From an uncultured Rikenellaceae bacterium (GTDB taxonomy: Bacteria; Bacteroidota; Bacteroidia; Bacteroidales; Tenuifilaceae): 64,000 nucleotides of DNA. The notes beneath the pieces were generated by a model. It worked only from the letters and a program-made list of their open reading frames with translations. It was not told where the DNA came from and made no database searches. A program made the translations under genes and the position numbers. The stretch lies in the NCBI GenBank assembly GCA_964390565.1, contig CAYMII010000001.1:47230-111229 (forward strand), in the 5' to 3' direction. Below are positions 62,016-64,000 of the stretch, piece after piece. Positions within the stretch are counted from its first letter, which is position 1. The number at the start of each line of letters is the position of its first letter.

Positions 62016-62200
62016 TATAAAACATTATTTGCCGTCAAATATAACGTTTATAGCGACTTTAAATATTACCTTAATGTTAAGTATTTCTAAATTTATTCAA
62101 ACTATCAACTTTTAATAAGTTTAAACTTAGCTTATCAATAATAGTCAAATTGCTAAATTGATACGTAAATTGTAGTCATTAAAACCTAACCCTAATTATC

Positions 62201-63871
62201 ATGAAAGCATCTAAATCACTATTAATAAGTTTGATATTATTGCTGATTGTGTCAATTGGCGTAAATTTTTATTTTTTTAAATCAAATGATGATATTCCTA
62301 CTCAAATCGCTAACACTGAAAAACTTTTAGGATTAGAGTTCACCCCATCGCAACGCGATTCGATGATTGATGGCTTGATGAGCTATAAGGAGAGTTATAA
62401 GAAGATTCATGAATTTAAACTCGAAAATGCCGATATCCCTTCGCTAAACTTTACTCCATTTCCCGAGGATTACCCTTTTAATCACGAGCAAAGTAAAATA
62501 GATTGGAATATATCAAAAGATGTTGTAATGCCTGATAATATTGAAAAACTTTGCTTCTATTCTGTAGCAGAACTCTCGGAACTTATCAAAGCAAAGAAGG
62601 TTACTTCTTTAGCTTTGACAAAAATGTATATCGAGCGTCTTAAGAAATACGATCCTGAATTGCATTGTGTTATCACTTTACTCGAGGAGAGCGCATTGAA
62701 GCAGGCGCAACTTGTTGATGATGAGATTGCAAAAGGAATTTATCGTGGCCCACTTCATGGAGTTCCTTATGGTGTAAAAGATTTGCTTGCATTAAAAGGT
62801 TACCCTTTCACCTATGGTTCAAAAATCTATAAAGATCAAATTCCTGATTATACATCGCCAGTTATTCAAAAACTCGATAAGGCAGGGGCGGTGCTAGTTG
62901 CAAAATTATCGCTTGGCGAATTTGCTATGGATGATGCTTGGTATGGTGGTATTACCCGCAATCCTTGGAATACAGCAAACGGATCGAGTGGTTCATCTGC
63001 CGGTTCTGCATCAGCTACATCAGCAGGGTTGGTTGGTTTTTCAATTGGATCTGAAACATGGGGATCAATTGTTTCCCCATCAACGGTTTGTGGTGTAACA
63101 GGGCTTCGCCCTTCGTTTGGTAGGGTTAGCCGATCAGGTGCAATGTCGCTTTGCTGGACAATGGATAAGATTGGTCCTATTTGCCGTACAGCTGAGGATT
63201 GCGCTTTGGTATTTGATGTCATTCGAGGAACCGATGGTTTTGATAAAACCTTGGTTGATATGCCATTTAACTATAATTCAAAGAAAGAATTAAAGGATTT
63301 AAGAATAGGATACGTTGAGGATTATTTTAAGGCTAAATACGATTTTAAGGAGAATGATAGTATCACTCTTGAAGCGCTAAGAAAGATGGGGGCGAAGTTA
63401 ATCCCCATTAAACTTCCTGAGCAAATACCAACTATGGCAATGAGCATTATCGTAGAGGCTGAGTCTGCTGCTTTCTTTAGCGATGTTACCCTCTTGAAAA
63501 TGGATACAATGCTTGTTCGTCAGGAGAAGATGTCTTGGGCAAATATATTCCGTCAAGCCCGGTTTATTCCTGCTGTGGAGTATATTCAGGCAAATAGAAT
63601 TCGAACCAAACTTATTGAGGAGTTTATTAAGGTTTTCAAGGATGTTGATATTATTGTTAGCCCTACTTGGGGAGGCAACCAGTGTTTAATGACTAACCTA
63701 ACCGGTCATCCTGCTTTGCTTATTCCTAACGGATTTGATAAGAATGGTTTGCCAACAAGTATAACTTTCATCGCCGATTGGTTTAACGAGGCCGATTTAC
63801 TAGTTGTTGGCTCAAAATATCAGAAAGAGGCTGGGTTCTTTAAAAAGCATCCCGATAAGTTTTTGCCATAA
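62201..63871 (+). CDS. amidase-signature family amidase, membrane-anchored/secreted
   Basis: GVPYGVKD (catalytic Lys), the Gly/Ser-rich signature NGSSGSSAGSASA and GSETWGSI. There is an N-terminal TM. Confidence 0.85.
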   Translation: MKASKSLLISLILLLIVSIGVNFYFFKSNDDIPTQIANTEKLLGLEFTPSQRDSMIDGLMSYKESYKKIHEFKLENADIPSLNFTPFPEDYPFNHEQSKIDWNISKDVVMPDNIEKLCFYSVAELSELIKAKKVTSLALTKMYIERLKKYDPELHCVITLLEESALKQAQLVDDEIAKGIYRGPLHGVPYGVKDLLALKGYPFTYGSKIYKDQIPDYTSPVIQKLDKAGAVLVAKLSLGEFAMDDAWYGGITRNPWNTANGSSGSSAGSASATSAGLVGFSIGSETWGSIVSPSTVCGVTGLRPSFGRVSRSGAMSLCWTMDKIGPICRTAEDCALVFDVIRGTDGFDKTLVDMPFNYNSKKELKDLRIGYVEDYFKAKYDFKENDSITLEALRKMGAKLIPIKLPEQIPTMAMSIIVEAESAAFFSDVTLLKMDTMLVRQEKMSWANIFRQARFIPAVEYIQANRIRTKLIEEFIKVFKDVDIIVSPTWGGNQCLMTNLTGHPALLIPNGFDKNGLPTSITFIADWFNEADLLVVGSKYQKEAGFFKKHPDKFLP

Positions 63872-63880
63872 AGTGATTTT

Positions 63881-63963
63881 TTAACCGCTGACCTGCCTGC
63901 CGGTAGGCAGGGACGCAGAGAGCGCAGAGTTAATCTCAGCGTCCTTCGTGCCTCTGCGGTAAA
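63881..63963. repeat. hairpin-type intergenic element starting TTAACCGC and ending CTCTGCGGTAAA
   Basis: Read directly: an inner palindrome cctgcc/ggcagg, then gacgcagag agcgcagag facing ctcagcgtc cttcgtgc ctctgcggt. The word family is the same as at 998-1026. Confidence 0.8.
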
Positions 63964-64000
63964 TTTATAATGTTGTTTAAACTTCGACTGGACAATACTG

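Noticed and set aside
1-64000. Search for tRNA, rRNA, riboswitch or CRISPR features in the larger intergenic regions (984-1243, 4916-5483, 17602-17844, 21308-21707, 40787-41000, 42489-42751, 48792-49081, 56076-56385)
   Set aside because: I recognised no cloverleaf-compatible sequence, conserved riboswitch core or rRNA signature. These regions are mainly occupied by word repeats, hairpins and promoter-like boxes. A covariance-model scan (Infernal/Rfam, tRNAscan-SE) would be needed to be certain.

Overview
This 64-kb window reads as a chromosomal segment of a Bacteroidota genome, probably an anaerobic or facultative Bacteroidales/Marinilabiliales-like organism. Supporting signs are T9SS C-terminal sorting domains, CarboxypepD_reg-type TonB-dependent receptors, a FeoA-FeoB fusion, a DUF4249 partner lipoprotein and TAnnTTTG promoter-like boxes. 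I support about 57 protein-coding genes. I recognised no rRNA, tRNA, CRISPR array, integrase or transposase. All calls come from motif recognition by eye; no BLAST, HMM or folding was run.

Gene content in order:
- 1-5.2 kb: a hemerythrin-like fragment, a LuxR-type regulator, an OprB-like porin, FeoAB and a small Cys-rich Feo-associated ORF that is absent from the ORF track.
- 5.5-17.6 kb: a GT2, then a metal-themed stretch. It holds a HYC_CC_PP-like protein, a TBDR and two HMA proteins, followed by an M1 peptidase and a T9SS S1/P1-type nuclease. Next come a NapH-like polyferredoxin, a Cys/Lys-rich membrane-anchored protein and a divergent HisKA/OmpR two-component system.
- 17.8-27.7 kb: small orphan genes, an ammonia-lyase homologue with an Ala-Cys-Gly triad, a radical SAM protein plus GATase1, and a TBDR with DUF4249.
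- 27.9-40.8 kb: two convergent operons for acyl-CoA catabolism. One encodes crotonase, HADH, thiolase, ACAD and GCDH. The other encodes an SSS transporter, a family III CoA-transferase and a 2-oxoacid:ferredoxin oxidoreductase. An M6 T9SS protease gene lies between them.
- 41-45.2 kb: a nitrilase-family amidase, a Crp/Fnr regulator, and a divergent decahaem lipoprotein cytochrome with a tandem-rhodanese lipoprotein.
- 45.2-64 kb: a class IV aminotransferase, a DinD/Bro-N-like plus Mrr-like islet, beta-carbonic anhydrase, thioredoxin-fold proteins, a LytTR protein, two DEAD-box helicases, an SBBP propeller, an M64 peptidase, MgsA and an amidase.

The candidates I consider most worth follow-up are:
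1. the Fnr-box-linked decahaem plus rhodanese lipoprotein pair;
2. the metallothionein-like Cys/Lys-rich protein, polyferredoxin and two-component module;
3. a pervasive family of intergenic 6-8-nt word arrays and hairpin elements with TTAACCGC/GCGGTTAA-like ends that sit on or next to stop codons;
4. the natural Cys variant at the MIO-forming position of the ammonia-lyase.
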